32,000 bases of DNA, taken from Nitrosospira multiformis ATCC 25196. GTDB lineage: Bacteria; Pseudomonadota; Gammaproteobacteria; Burkholderiales; Nitrosomonadaceae. Position 1 is the stretch's first letter, and every line of letters begins with the position of its first letter. Shown here piece by piece: positions 1-9,817 of this stretch. Under the pieces are notes generated by a model that had not been told where the DNA came from, searched no databases, and saw only the letters and a program-made list of their open reading frames with translations. The position numbers were made by a program, and so were the translations under genes. Location: NCBI RefSeq assembly GCF_000196355.1, contig NC_007614.1, positions 2,490,001 to 2,522,000 on the forward strand, in the 5' to 3' direction.

Positions 1-1
1 C

Positions 2-265
2 AACTTCCCCAATATAACAATGGAGCGGGAATCCCCTTATCGACTCGCCGTTGCGAATGCCAACGTACCGAACATGGTGGGGCAAATTTCCACCGCCATG
101 GCGAAAGCCGGTCTCAATATCCACACCATGGGTAACAAGTCTCGCGGCGAAATGGCCTACACCCTGGTGGATGTCGACAGTCCGGTACCCCAGGAAACGA
201 TCGACGAGATTGCGGCGATAAAGGGTGTGTTGAATGTACGCTACCTGCCGGTACCGGCCAAATAG
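2..265 (+). CDS. serA: D-3-phosphoglycerate dehydrogenase, C-terminal ACT domain (5' truncated by window edge)
   Basis: Open frame runs in from the window edge (NFPNITMERESPYRLAVANANVPNMVGQISTAMAKAGLNIHTMGNKSRGEMAYTLVDVD...), typical of the SerA C-terminal ACT domain. Confidence 0.8.
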   Translation, partial: NFPNITMERESPYRLAVANANVPNMVGQISTAMAKAGLNIHTMGNKSRGEMAYTLVDVDSPVPQETIDEIAAIKGVLNVRYLPVPAK

Positions 266-322
266 CTGCCATTTCATGTCATAGCTTTGGCAGGTACGGT
301 TCAAAACAGAAATTATCCCGCG

Positions 323-1390
323 ATGACCGCTCAACTCAAACAGCTGCGCGACAAGATAGATGCAATCGACAGCGAACTCCTGAAGCTGGTGAGCGCGCGG
401 GCAGATCTCGCCCGCGAAATCGGAGAAATCAAGAATGGCACTGCGTATCGGCCCGAACGTGAAGCTCAGGTGCTGGCGCGGATGCGCGAACTGAACCCGG
501 GGCCCTTGGAGAATGAACAGGTTGCGCGGTTATTTACGGAGATCATGTCTCTCTGTCGATCCATGGAAGAACCTCTGACAGTCGCATACCTGGGACCGAG
601 GGGCACGTTTTCCGAAGAAGCTGCGCTCAAGCGCTTCGGTAGCGTTGTGACTTCGCTGCCGTGCAATTCGATAGATGACGTATTTAGCAAGGTGGAAGCC
701 GGCAAGGCAAATTATGGGGTTGTACCGGTAGAGAATTCGACCGAGGGCGCAGTGGGTAGGTCGCTCGATCTGTTGCTGCAAACCCGCTTGAAGGTGTGCG
801 GCGAAGTGGCGCTGGCCATACATCAGCTTCTGCTGGCGCATCATACCGACCTTGCACGCATTCGCAGGATTTACTCTCATCCTCAATCGTTTGCTCAATG
901 TCACGAGTGGCTCAATGTCCATTTGCCCCATTTACCCGCGTCGGCAAGAATCAACGCCGCGAGCAATGCGGATGCTGCCAGACTGGCGGCGGAAGATGAA
1001 AGCGCCGCGGCAGTGGCGGGAAAAAAGGCGGGAGAAGTATATGGTCTCACTGTCTGTGCCGAGAACATCGAGGATGATCCCAGCAATACGACCCGCTTCC
1101 TGGTAATAGGTGAGCAGGAAGTCGCCCCTTCCGGCAGGGATAAAACGTCGCTGGTAACGTCGGTCAGGAATCGGCCGGGCGCCATACATGAGTTACTGGC
1201 CCCGTTCGCCCATCATGGAGTCAGCATGACCCGGCTTGAATCGCGCCCGTCCCGTGCGGGTTTATGGGAATACGTGTTTTTTGTGGATGTCGAAGGCCAC
1301 CAGCAGGAGCCGAAAGTCTCCCAGGCGCTGCGCGAACTGGTGGAAAAAGCGGCGTTTCTCAAAGTGCTCGGCTCATATCCCGCAGCCTGA
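323..1390 (+). CDS. pheA: Bifunctional chorismate mutase / prephenate dehydratase (P-protein); a TTG start at 287 is also possible
   Basis: N-terminal chorismate mutase helix (LKQLRDKIDAIDSELLKLVSARADLAREIG), then prephenate dehydratase motifs (YLGPRGTFSEEAA, NSTEGAVG, PSNTTRFLVIG) and an ACT domain (SVRNRPGAIHELLAPFAHHGVSMTRLESRPSR). Confidence 0.95.
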   Translation: MTAQLKQLRDKIDAIDSELLKLVSARADLAREIGEIKNGTAYRPEREAQVLARMRELNPGPLENEQVARLFTEIMSLCRSMEEPLTVAYLGPRGTFSEEAALKRFGSVVTSLPCNSIDDVFSKVEAGKANYGVVPVENSTEGAVGRSLDLLLQTRLKVCGEVALAIHQLLLAHHTDLARIRRIYSHPQSFAQCHEWLNVHLPHLPASARINAASNADAARLAAEDESAAAVAGKKAGEVYGLTVCAENIEDDPSNTTRFLVIGEQEVAPSGRDKTSLVTSVRNRPGAIHELLAPFAHHGVSMTRLESRPSRAGLWEYVFFVDVEGHQQEPKVSQALRELVEKAAFLKVLGSYPAA

Positions 1391-1656
1391 CCCTCCTCCT
1401 CTGTTTTCTCATAAACCTCCATGCGCTGCCGCGAAATGCCGTAAAGTGAATCCCGTGCGATGATCCAGTTACCCTGCGAAAAATTCGGCGTCATATCATT
1501 GCGGCTCCGCACCCCGGAATCTCCGATGGGGGGCCATGACGAAGATTTTGCCTACGGCCGGGAAACGGGTTATTGCAAGCATGAATCCATGCTTTTTGTG
1601 CGATTGCCTGTCCTGTTGACGGTTATTATTTTCTGCTTTTTCTTCCCTACCATCTT

Positions 1657-2835
1657 ATGAATATTTGCGATCTCGCTCCTGCATATATCCGTGCCATCAG
1701 TCCCTATCAGCCCGGCAAGCCTATTTCTGAACTGGCCCGGGAGATGGGGATGGATGAACAGTCCATCATCAAGCTTGCGTCCAATGAAAACCCCCTGGGA
1801 ACCAGTCCAATGGCCCTGAACGCAATGAGCAAGGCGCTCGACGAGGTTTCGTTGTATCCGGACGGAAGCGGATTTGAGCTGAAAGCAGCGCTGTCCGAGC
1901 GCTATGGCGTGACCAGCGATCAGATTGTGCTGGGCAACGGTTCCAATGACGTTCTGGAGTTGGCCGCGCGCGTATTCCTGAAGCCGGGGGCCTCGACCGT
2001 TTACTCGCAGCATGCGTTTGCGGTTTATCCCCTGGTGACGAAAGCGGTGGGTGGAATCGGCATTTCCGTTCCCGCCCGGAACTATGGCCATGATCTTGAC
2101 GCCATGCTGGATGCTGTCGCGCCTGAAACACGGGTTGTATTTATTGCCAATCCCAACAATCCCACCGGCACCCTGCTGCCTGCCGACGATGTGCTGCGCT
2201 TTCTCGAGCGAGTGTCCCCGGATGTGCTGGTCGTACTGGATGAAGCATACAACGAGTATCTGCCGCCCGCCCTCAAGGGAGATAGCATTGCCTGGCTGAA
2301 GCAGTTTCCCAATCTCCTCATTACCCGCACTTTCTCCAAAGCTTACGGTATGGCAGGCGTGCGCGTCGGTTTCGGCCTCGGGCATCCTGACGTCGCCGGT
2401 CTGATGAACCGCGTGCGCCAGCCATTCAACGTCAACAATATCGGTCTTGCCGGCGCGGTGGCTGCGCTGCAGGATGAGGAGTTCGTAAAGCGTTCTTATG
2501 CGCTCAACCAGGCAGGCATGCTGCAGATTGTCACCGGATTGCGGCAGATGGGAATCGAGTACATTCCGTCCTACGGGAATTTCCTGAGCTTTCGGGTGCC
2601 AGGCAATGTCAAGGCAATAAACGAGAGTCTGCTGAAGCAGGGTGTGATTGTCCGCCCCATCAGCATTTATGAAATGCCGGAACATCTCCGGGTAACTGTC
2701 GGGCTCGAATCTGAAAATGAGAAATTCCTGAAATCGCTGGCGATAGCCCTGGAGACGACGGAAGGGGCAGCAGCAGACACAATACCTGAGATGGCGGTAA
2801 GCTTTCCCAAAGTTGCATCGGGGGGAACAGCGTGA
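1657..2835 (+). CDS. hisC: Histidinol-phosphate aminotransferase
   Basis: [37 protein letters not shown], and [20 protein letters not shown]-lysine motif. Confidence 0.93.
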   Translation: MNICDLAPAYIRAISPYQPGKPISELAREMGMDEQSIIKLASNENPLGTSPMALNAMSKALDEVSLYPDGSGFELKAALSERYGVTSDQIVLGNGSNDVLELAARVFLKPGASTVYSQHAFAVYPLVTKAVGGIGISVPARNYGHDLDAMLDAVAPETRVVFIANPNNPTGTLLPADDVLRFLERVSPDVLVVLDEAYNEYLPPALKGDSIAWLKQFPNLLITRTFSKAYGMAGVRVGFGLGHPDVAGLMNRVRQPFNVNNIGLAGAVAALQDEEFVKRSYALNQAGMLQIVTGLRQMGIEYIPSYGNFLSFRVPGNVKAINESLLKQGVIVRPISIYEMPEHLRVTVGLESENEKFLKSLAIALETTEGAAADTIPEMAVSFPKVASGGTA

Positions 2836-3848
2836 TCATAGTCATGAATAACGGCGCCACCGAAGAGCAGATCGAAACGGTGGTTGCAAAAATTCGAAGC
2901 TTCGACCTGGACGCGAACGTTTCGCGTGGCACCGAGCGTACCGTAATCGGCGCAATTGGCAATGAGCGCAAGCTCAGTCCCGAAATGTTCGATACCCTGA
3001 GCGGTGTCGAATATTCCATGCATATCGTCAAGCAGTACAAGATCGTGTCGCGCGAATGGCACAGGGATAATTCGATAATCAATGTGGGAGATGTGGCGAT
3101 TGGCGGGGACCAGGTGCAGGTGATCGGAGGTCCCTGTTCAGTGGAGACGCAAGAGCAAATGGATTCGGCGGCCCAACATGTCTCGGATGCCGGATGCCGG
3201 CTGATGCGGGGCGGCGCCTTCAAGCCCCGTACCAGTCCCTATACCTTCCAGGGCAATGGCGAAGAAGGATTGAAAATGTTCCGCAAGGCTGCGGATAAGC
3301 ACAACCTCCGGATCGTCACGGAATTGATGGATGCGCGCATGCTGGACACTTTCCTCGAGTATGACGTGGATGTGATCCAGATCGGTACACGCAGCATGCA
3401 GAACTTCGAACTTTTGAAAGAAGTGGGGCGCATCAACAAGCCCGTGATACTGAAGCGCGGGATGTCCGCGACCGTTTCCGAGTGGCTCATGGCCGCGGAA
3501 TACATCGCCGCGGGCGGCAACCATAACATCATTTTCTGCGAACGCGGCATACGCACCTTTGAAACCGCTTATCGCAACGTAATGGATGTAACCTGCATCC
3601 CCGTGCTAAAAAAAGAAACGCACTTGCCGGTAATCGTCGATCCCTCCCATGCGGGGGGAAAGGCATGGATGGTGCCCGCCCTGGCGCGCGCGGCAGTTGC
3701 AGCGGGAGCGGATGGCCTGCTGGTAGAGACGCATCCCAATCCATGCGAAGCCTGGTGCGACGCAGACCAGGCGTTGAATCCCGAGGAATTCCGCGATCTG
3801 ATGGGATCGCTGCAAGGAATAGCGGCAGTAATCGGACGGAGTCTGTGA
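2832..3848 (+). CDS. aroF: 3-deoxy-7-phosphoheptulonate (DAHP) synthase, type with N-terminal ferredoxin-like domain
   Basis: [56 protein letters not shown]; 4-bp overlap with hisC. Confidence 0.92.
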   Translation: MIIVMNNGATEEQIETVVAKIRSFDLDANVSRGTERTVIGAIGNERKLSPEMFDTLSGVEYSMHIVKQYKIVSREWHRDNSIINVGDVAIGGDQVQVIGGPCSVETQEQMDSAAQHVSDAGCRLMRGGAFKPRTSPYTFQGNGEEGLKMFRKAADKHNLRIVTELMDARMLDTFLEYDVDVIQIGTRSMQNFELLKEVGRINKPVILKRGMSATVSEWLMAAEYIAAGGNHNIIFCERGIRTFETAYRNVMDVTCIPVLKKETHLPVIVDPSHAGGKAWMVPALARAAVAAGADGLLVETHPNPCEAWCDADQALNPEEFRDLMGSLQGIAAVIGRSL

Positions 3849-3921
3849 TGAATAGCCGCTCCACCTGATAGCCATGCGAGGCTTGATATCAACCGCTCAT
3901 ATAAACCCCTCATATAAACCG

Positions 3922-4833
3922 ATGCCGACAATGACTACTACTGTGATCCACAAACTGGTGGTTATCGGGGTAGGCTTGATCGGCGGTTCGTTCGCGCTTG
4001 CGTTGCGCGAGGCTGGGAGGGTGCAGCATATCACCGGCATTGGTCGCAGCAGGGAAAACATGCGGCGCGCCCTGGCGCTGGGTGAGATAGATGAGATTGC
4101 CGACAACATTGAGTCCGCCTTGAAGGATGCGGAATTGGTGTTCCTTGCCGTACCTGTCGGACAAACCGGCGAAATCATGGCGCAGATATCCGCATATCTT
4201 GCGCCCTCCACCATCGTGACAGACGCGGGCAGCACCAAGCAGGAGGTGGTAGCGGCGGCACGCTCCCATCTTGCTCCCCATCTGAAAAATTTTGTTCCCG
4301 GGCACCCCGTTGCCGGGGCGGAAAGGAGTGGAGCAGGCGCCGCCAATGCAGATCTGTTTCGCGGCAAAAATGTTGTACTGACTCCCCTTGAGGAAACCAG
4401 CCGGGAGGCAACGCAAAAAGTAACGGAATTATGGGAGGCTTGCGGAGCCCGGATTTCCCGGATGAGCGCGAACCGGCACGACGAAATACTGGCTGCTGTC
4501 AGTCATCTCCCTCATGTTCTTGCCTTTGCGCTGATGAATCATGTCGTCTCTGCCGGAGCCGATGGAAGCAACGACGCGCACGACAACGATCTGCTGCGTT
4601 TTGCCGGGAGCGGCTTTCGGGATTCCACGCGTATCGCCGGCAGCTCTCCCGAAATGTGGCGCGACATATGTCTTGGCAATCGGAAGGCGTTGCTAAACCA
4701 GATCGATGCGTACCAGAAGGAATTGACTGTCATGCGCGAAATGCTGTCGGATGGCGATGGGGATGCTCTCGAAAGGCTTTTCGCAAGGGCGCGCAACGCA
4801 AGGGAGCACTGGCTGAAAAGCTTGCCCGGATAA
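3922..4833 (+). CDS. tyrA: Prephenate dehydrogenase; the ORF extends upstream to 3874
   Basis: Rossmann motif VVIGVGLIGGSFALALREAG, DAGSTKQEVV, PGHPVAGAERSGA, VLTP, and SHLPHVLAFAL. Confidence 0.9.
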   Translation: MPTMTTTVIHKLVVIGVGLIGGSFALALREAGRVQHITGIGRSRENMRRALALGEIDEIADNIESALKDAELVFLAVPVGQTGEIMAQISAYLAPSTIVTDAGSTKQEVVAAARSHLAPHLKNFVPGHPVAGAERSGAGAANADLFRGKNVVLTPLEETSREATQKVTELWEACGARISRMSANRHDEILAAVSHLPHVLAFALMNHVVSAGADGSNDAHDNDLLRFAGSGFRDSTRIAGSSPEMWRDICLGNRKALLNQIDAYQKELTVMREMLSDGDGDALERLFARARNAREHWLKSLPG

Positions 4834-4861
4834 ATCGATGGGTCACCCCATTGATTGTGAA

Positions 4862-5152
4862 TTATGATTCGTGGGCGATGGGCTTGTCAGTGAACAGATA
4901 GTCTCTCAGTTCCGTGGAAAAGACCGGGTCCTTACGGCGGATCCATTCGAGCACCATTGCCGCATGCTCCTTTTCCTCATCGCGGTTATGCACGAGGATT
5001 GCCTTGAGTTCCTCATCCTTGCAGGAATCCACACGCTGGTTATACCAGTCTATCGCTTCCAGTTCTTCCATCAGCGAAACGATCGCCTTATGCATATCCC
5101 GTGTTTCGTCGGAGAGTTCCTCAAGGGGTTCGTGGTAACCTTCATTGGCCAT
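4862..5152 (-). CDS. Encapsulated ferritin-like protein (EncFtn family)
   Basis: HEPLEELSDETRDMHKAIVSLMEELEAIDWYNQRVDSCKDEELKAILVHNRDEEKEHAAMVLEWIRRKDPVF...LRDYLFT is the EncFtn signature with E / ExxH metal ligands. Confidence 0.85.
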   Translation of the reverse strand: MANEGYHEPLEELSDETRDMHKAIVSLMEELEAIDWYNQRVDSCKDEELKAILVHNRDEEKEHAAMVLEWIRRKDPVFSTELRDYLFTDKPIAHES

Positions 5153-5370
5153 ACTACCTCCTCTTTCAAGAGAATGTCAGGATCGACTTCTTATTGTTTA
5201 CAAGCAAAGAACTGTGCAAGACGATTGAGCACGACTCTGAAAGGATACAGAGTGCTCTTCTTCTCGCAACGAATCCATAAAATAGATACGAGCAACGAAC
5301 CCACCTCATGAGTGAGTTCCACAAGCGCCGGCTTCCCTGATACAGGGACAGACAACGAATGCTTTCGGCA

Positions 5371-5994
5371 CTATTTCCGCTTCACCTGCTTCTCAATATC
5401 GTCAAAAACGCGATTGACGATATTCTCCAGGTCATGCGGACCATCGCGTCCATACGTAACACATTTTTCATAACCGGTCACCGCAAAACAGATGCGCGTG
5501 CTCGCTGTATCCATCAAGCGTAATGCAGAAGTCGCAATCATCCCATCATCCTTGAGAAAGACAGAATAGCGTGGGGTGTATTGCGAAGGAAGTTCGAAGA
5601 AACGAATTCTGTAAAGGTCGTTCAGAAGAGCAAGCAGTGCGCTCGTTGGGTAGAAAACCTGCAGAAGTTCATTACTCCGTTCGAAAGTAGCGCTTCCCTT
5701 GCCTGACAGGCTGATCCGCTGTACAGGAAAGGCCGCATTGCCTCCCTGCCGGATCAGATGGAGACCGACTTCCTGAATGGGATAAGTGAGTGGAGGACCC
5801 TCGGGCCCCAAGGTACTTTCGGCCGCCATGGACGCTGACCCGACAAGGAGCAAGATGAAAACAGGGAACGGCCTGGCAAGAAAAGTTCGATAAATCCGAT
5901 ATCGCGGTACCAGGGTCCAACAGACCAGACTGCGCCGCCGCCATAGGGATAAAGCGGCGGCAAGAAAGATTATCTCCTCAGCATTACTGGTCAT
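5371..5994 (-). CDS. Hypothetical exported protein
   Basis: Hydrophobic stretch PVFILLLVGSASMAAES followed by a non-repetitive soluble domain. The start is uncertain; the ORF overlaps the upstream gene by 11 bp. Confidence 0.6.
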   Translation of the reverse strand: MTSNAEEIIFLAAALSLWRRRSLVCWTLVPRYRIYRTFLARPFPVFILLLVGSASMAAESTLGPEGPPLTYPIQEVGLHLIRQGGNAAFPVQRISLSGKGSATFERSNELLQVFYPTSALLALLNDLYRIRFFELPSQYTPRYSVFLKDDGMIATSALRLMDTASTRICFAVTGYEKCVTYGRDGPHDLENIVNRVFDDIEKQVKRK

Positions 5995-7012
5995 GGCGCT
6001 TTTTGCGCCGCGTTCCCCAGCCCAGCAACCCCAAGCCGGCCAGCATCATCGCGTAGACCTCCGGCTCTGGCACAGCCGTTACCGTATATCCAAGATCCTG
6101 GAGCATGCCAATCTCGACCGCACTGTAGTCCCGGGCATAAGGTCCCGTCTCAGAGGCGGCCAGCATCATCATTCCCGCATAAGCGCTATTATTATCATCC
6201 AGGTGGGAAACGCTGCTCCCCTCCTCCCACGGAAACGGTGTGTACAGACCCACCGGATTGCCTCCGTTTGCCGCCATGGCGTGAGCTCCATCGAAGAACA
6301 GGCCTCCCGAGGGACTGGTGCCTCCCACGCTGCCTGCATCCCAGACAGTCTGATCGAGTGCGAAAGTTGCAGGATCAATGACCGGAGTTCCACTCTTGTT
6401 TACCAGGTAGCTGTCGAAGCTGCTCCAGCTTCCCGCATCCTTCGTACCCCCGATCGGATCACCGAATTGCCCTATGGATGAAGAAAAACCAAGCGTATGC
6501 GTAAATTCATGAAACATCGTGGAATAGAAGTCGTAGCGCTCACTCGACACGGGCGTGTTGAAGCCAAGCTCCCATTTGCTCCCAAAGTTGATATCGAGCG
6601 AGCCATCGGGTCTGCTTCCGTTGGAATCAATCCCTGTCTGGAGTTTCTCGCGCACGACCTCGTTGAGGTTGAATCCCGGTACCGGGGGAACGACATATTC
6701 ACTGCCCGCCCCTGCCAGGGTACTGCTCTGGGGATCATTGGTGGCCGTTGCTTCCAGCACAATGGTCCCCGAGTTGGCGAAGTGGGTGCCAAACATTCTG
6801 GAGAATTCCGTGGCAGCAGTGTTGAGCGCAGCTTGCCGACTGGCGCCGTTTACGGGATCGAGAAATCCCGTACCAGGCGCATCCTTGTATACGAACTGGA
6901 AATTGATGCCCGCGTTTGCGATGAGACTGAACGACAGGCAACCCGCAAACAATCCTCCGTTAACTACCGCGCGCGTTGCCTGTGCAATCGCTTTCTGTTT
7001 TTGATTCTTCAT
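5984..7012 (-). CDS. PEP-CTERM-sorted zinc metalloprotease (NF038122-like)
   Basis: Signal peptide, HEFTHTLGFSSSIGQFGD zincin-type HExxH motif, and C-terminal VPEPEVYAMMLAGLGLLGWGTRRKKR PEP-CTERM signal. Confidence 0.85.
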   Translation of the reverse strand: MKNQKQKAIAQATRAVVNGGLFAGCLSFSLIANAGINFQFVYKDAPGTGFLDPVNGASRQAALNTAATEFSRMFGTHFANSGTIVLEATATNDPQSSTLAGAGSEYVVPPVPGFNLNEVVREKLQTGIDSNGSRPDGSLDINFGSKWELGFNTPVSSERYDFYSTMFHEFTHTLGFSSSIGQFGDPIGGTKDAGSWSSFDSYLVNKSGTPVIDPATFALDQTVWDAGSVGGTSPSGGLFFDGAHAMAANGGNPVGLYTPFPWEEGSSVSHLDDNNSAYAGMMMLAASETGPYARDYSAVEIGMLQDLGYTVTAVPEPEVYAMMLAGLGLLGWGTRRKKRHDQ

Positions 7013-7348
7013 ATGACGATTCTCCCGCTCAGATTGTGATTCAGTAAACCCACGTCCTACCTCGGCAATAAAAACGAAAACGCAACGGGCATCAACGCGG
7101 AGTCGCGCTTATAAGCCGCGCAAGCATCTGCGCAATCAGCAGTCCACCGAAAGGATGGGGGTGGTGTAAAGGCAGGTTATAACCCGGATTGCATGCTTTG
7201 AAGTAACAGGTAATTCGATGAAACCCGATTCCAAAGCTGCTGGTGCGATCCTTTCCGCTGAGCACTGAAGGCTTATTTTACCAAGTGAAGTCTTGATTGC
7301 AACTTTCCACATGCTTGCCGCCCCGAAAAGATCAGTCCTGCTAACCAA

Positions 7349-8152
7349 TCACCGGATAATTCCACGTCCTCGCACGGAAATAAAATCAAGAAAGCGTTGG
7401 ACAGACGGTGTATCGCCAGCAAGCTGCATGAGCTGCGCTTCCGCTTCTTTCAATGCAAGGCCGGACCGGTATACCAGCTTGTAAGCACTTTTCAGTGCGC
7501 GAAGGGTGGATTCGGAAAACCCGCGGCGCTTGAGCTCTCTCCAGTTGAGACCGTAAGGCATGGCGGGATTTCCCGCCGCCAGGAGATAAGGTGGCAGGTC
7601 CTGAGTCAGCACGGTGCCTAAACCGGTAAAGCTGTAGGCGCCCACGCGAACGAACTGATGAACGGAGGTGAATCCCCCGAGTCCCGCGTAATCACCCACC
7701 TGGACATGGCCGGCCAGGGAAGCGTTATTGGTAAAGGTCGTGAAGTTACCCACCTGGCAATCATGCGCCAGATGGACGTAAGCCATCACGAAATTGTCAT
7801 TTCCGAGGCGAGTAACACCCGCCCCTTGGGCGGTACCCCGATTGAAAGTACAAAACTCCCGAATCGTGTTTCGATCGCCTATTTCCAATCGGGTAGGTTC
7901 ACCCTTGTATTTCTTGTCCTGGGGCTCATCCCCTAGCGAGCAGAACTGGAAAATCCGGTTATTGTCCCCGACGCGCGTATGCCCCTTAATGACAACGTGC
8001 GGCCCGATCCAGGTATCGTCGCCAACCGCGACATGTTCTTCCACAATGGAATAAGCCCCGATGGTGACACCCGAGCCAAGCTGTGCACCGGGATGAACAA
8101 CGGCTGTCGGATGGATACTGGCTTCCTTCATGAGTCTGTCCTGCACTGACAA
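7349..8152 (-). CDS. lpxA: Acyl-ACP--UDP-N-acetylglucosamine O-acyltransferase family protein
   Basis: Left-handed beta-helix hexapeptide repeats, EFCTFNRGTAQGAGVTRLGNDNFVMAYVHLAHDCQVG, HQFVRVGAYSFTG, and the LpxA C-terminal helical region. Confidence 0.85.
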   Translation of the reverse strand: MSVQDRLMKEASIHPTAVVHPGAQLGSGVTIGAYSIVEEHVAVGDDTWIGPHVVIKGHTRVGDNNRIFQFCSLGDEPQDKKYKGEPTRLEIGDRNTIREFCTFNRGTAQGAGVTRLGNDNFVMAYVHLAHDCQVGNFTTFTNNASLAGHVQVGDYAGLGGFTSVHQFVRVGAYSFTGLGTVLTQDLPPYLLAAGNPAMPYGLNWRELKRRGFSESTLRALKSAYKLVYRSGLALKEAEAQLMQLAGDTPSVQRFLDFISVRGRGIIR

Positions 8153-8320
8153 ACTTGAGCCTGCGTAATCCCTGATACTCCGGGTACTTCAAGCACCAGT
8201 AGCAGGAACCCCGGTTCTCGACTAAGATAATTCTCGGCATACATTCCATACATGCCATACTTCCCCATTCCATCCAAAGCGTTTGATCGTGCCAGAACGA
8301 AACCTCGACGGGACTTTGTA

Positions 8321-9817
8321 ATGACAGCCCCGAGAGAACTCACAGCCGAAACAAGATGCGGCTCCTCCATGGACTCCTCTCCCCCAACGGCAACCGATGA
8401 TATCAATAGCGCAGATATTGCGCTTCGCGTATCGGCCCTGTCAAAGACCTATCGCATTTATGGCCGTTCGCAGGACCGGCTGCTGCAAGGCTTGTGGGGT
8501 AACCGGAAGCAACTGTATCGGGAATTCCGGGCGCTGGACAGCATTTCCTTCGAGATTCGTCGCGGGGAAACTTTCGGCATCATCGGTCCGAACGGATCCG
8601 GGAAAAGCACGCTGCTGCAACTGATCGCGGGAACGCTGACACCCACTCAGGGTGAAATATATATCAAAGGCAAAGTCTCGGCTTTACTTGAGCTGGGAGC
8701 CGGCTTCAACGGGGAATTTACTGGCCGCGAGAATATCCGTATGGCGGCATCGATTGCGGGATTGAATCCTGGCGAGATCGGACAACGCCACGAGTGCATC
8801 GCCGCTTATGCCGACATTGGCGATTTCCTCGATCAACCGGTAAAGACGTACTCAAGCGGCATGTATGTACGCCTTGCATTCGCCGTCGCCATCTCGGTCG
8901 AGCCGGAGGTACTGATCATAGATGAAGCACTGGCGGTGGGGGACATGGAATTTCAGGCGAAGTGCATGGTGACATTGAAGCAGATGCAGGAACGCGGCAC
9001 CACCATTCTGTTTGTCAGCCATGATGTGGGAGCGGTGAGCGCCTTATGTAAGCGGACCCTTTATCTCAAGCATGGCCGGGCACTGGAAATCGGTCCTACT
9101 CCTGACGTCGTTGCACGCTATATTCGTGAAGTACAGGAAGCAAACAACCGGAAAATAAATGTAACCGTTTCTGAAAACAACGATTCGAGAACCACGAGCC
9201 CATCCGACGCTTCTGAGACCGGGATCGCTCCCTCCCACCGTACTGCTTCCCTCACCAGCGCTGAGGCCGCATCTGGAGCCGCTTCTGGATTCTTGACGGC
9301 AGCAAGCCCGTTCCGGAGCGTGGAGAAGAAACATCTTGCACGCTTTGCTGAAAATGCAAATCACTGCCGCTCGGGAACCGGCGATGTGCGTGTAATTTAC
9401 GCGGAAATGACAGATGATGAAGGACTGCCGGTACGCTCGGCAGAATTCGGACAATCAGTCCTCATACGGATCATCGTTGAAGCCGCCCGCACCTGTACTT
9501 TTTCAGTCAACTACAAAATTTGCGATAAGAATCGGACGCCGGTGATAGGAGCGGACTTCCTCATGCAAAGGCAGGCGCTGCTGACCCTGGAGCCGTCGCA
9601 GCAGGCCGAGGCGCTTTACCGGACATCGCTCCCGCTGACCGACGGCAGATACAGCTTGAGAATTTCACTCACACACCCCGTCAACGCCCATCAACAGGCA
9701 CTGTTCTTCGATATCGTGGAGATCGCCCATGTATTCGAGGTGCTGCCCAATCCGACTGCAAAGTTCTGGACACAGGTTTATCTGCCGAATACGCTCGATG
9801 TAAGGGTTCTGGAATGA
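8321..9817 (+). CDS. Polysaccharide ABC transporter ATP-binding protein, Wzt-like, with C-terminal carbohydrate-binding-like extension; ORF extends to 8252
   Basis: Walker A GPNGSGKST, signature YSSGMYVRLAFAVA, Walker B EVLIIDEALAVGD, and a C-terminal beta-rich Wzt_C-like domain. Confidence 0.87.
   Translation: MTAPRELTAETRCGSSMDSSPPTATDDINSADIALRVSALSKTYRIYGRSQDRLLQGLWGNRKQLYREFRALDSISFEIRRGETFGIIGPNGSGKSTLLQLIAGTLTPTQGEIYIKGKVSALLELGAGFNGEFTGRENIRMAASIAGLNPGEIGQRHECIAAYADIGDFLDQPVKTYSSGMYVRLAFAVAISVEPEVLIIDEALAVGDMEFQAKCMVTLKQMQERGTTILFVSHDVGAVSALCKRTLYLKHGRALEIGPTPDVVARYIREVQEANNRKINVTVSENNDSRTTSPSDASETGIAPSHRTASLTSAEAASGAASGFLTAASPFRSVEKKHLARFAENANHCRSGTGDVRVIYAEMTDDEGLPVRSAEFGQSVLIRIIVEAARTCTFSVNYKICDKNRTPVIGADFLMQRQALLTLEPSQQAEALYRTSLPLTDGRYSLRISLTHPVNAHQQALFFDIVEIAHVFEVLPNPTAKFWTQVYLPNTLDVRVLE

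Noticed and set aside
1570-2685. 371-aa ORF on the minus strand
   Set aside because: It lies fully antisense to hisC, whose motifs are unambiguous. The product is His/Gly/Arg-rich shadow sequence with no recognisable domain.
2660-3524. Minus-strand ORFs opposite the DAHP synthase gene
   Set aside because: Mirror the coding strand of a clearly conserved enzyme. No motifs or ribosome sites.
7136-7348. 70-aa minus-strand ORF just upstream of lpxA
   Set aside because: No family signature. The weak start and odd composition (ITCLYTTPILSVDC) give insufficient support for a gene.
8181-8245. Short CATAC/CCATAC repeated words in the lpxA-wzt intergenic region, considered as regulatory repeats
   Set aside because: Irregular spacing and only a few bases long. 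Cannot be distinguished from chance.
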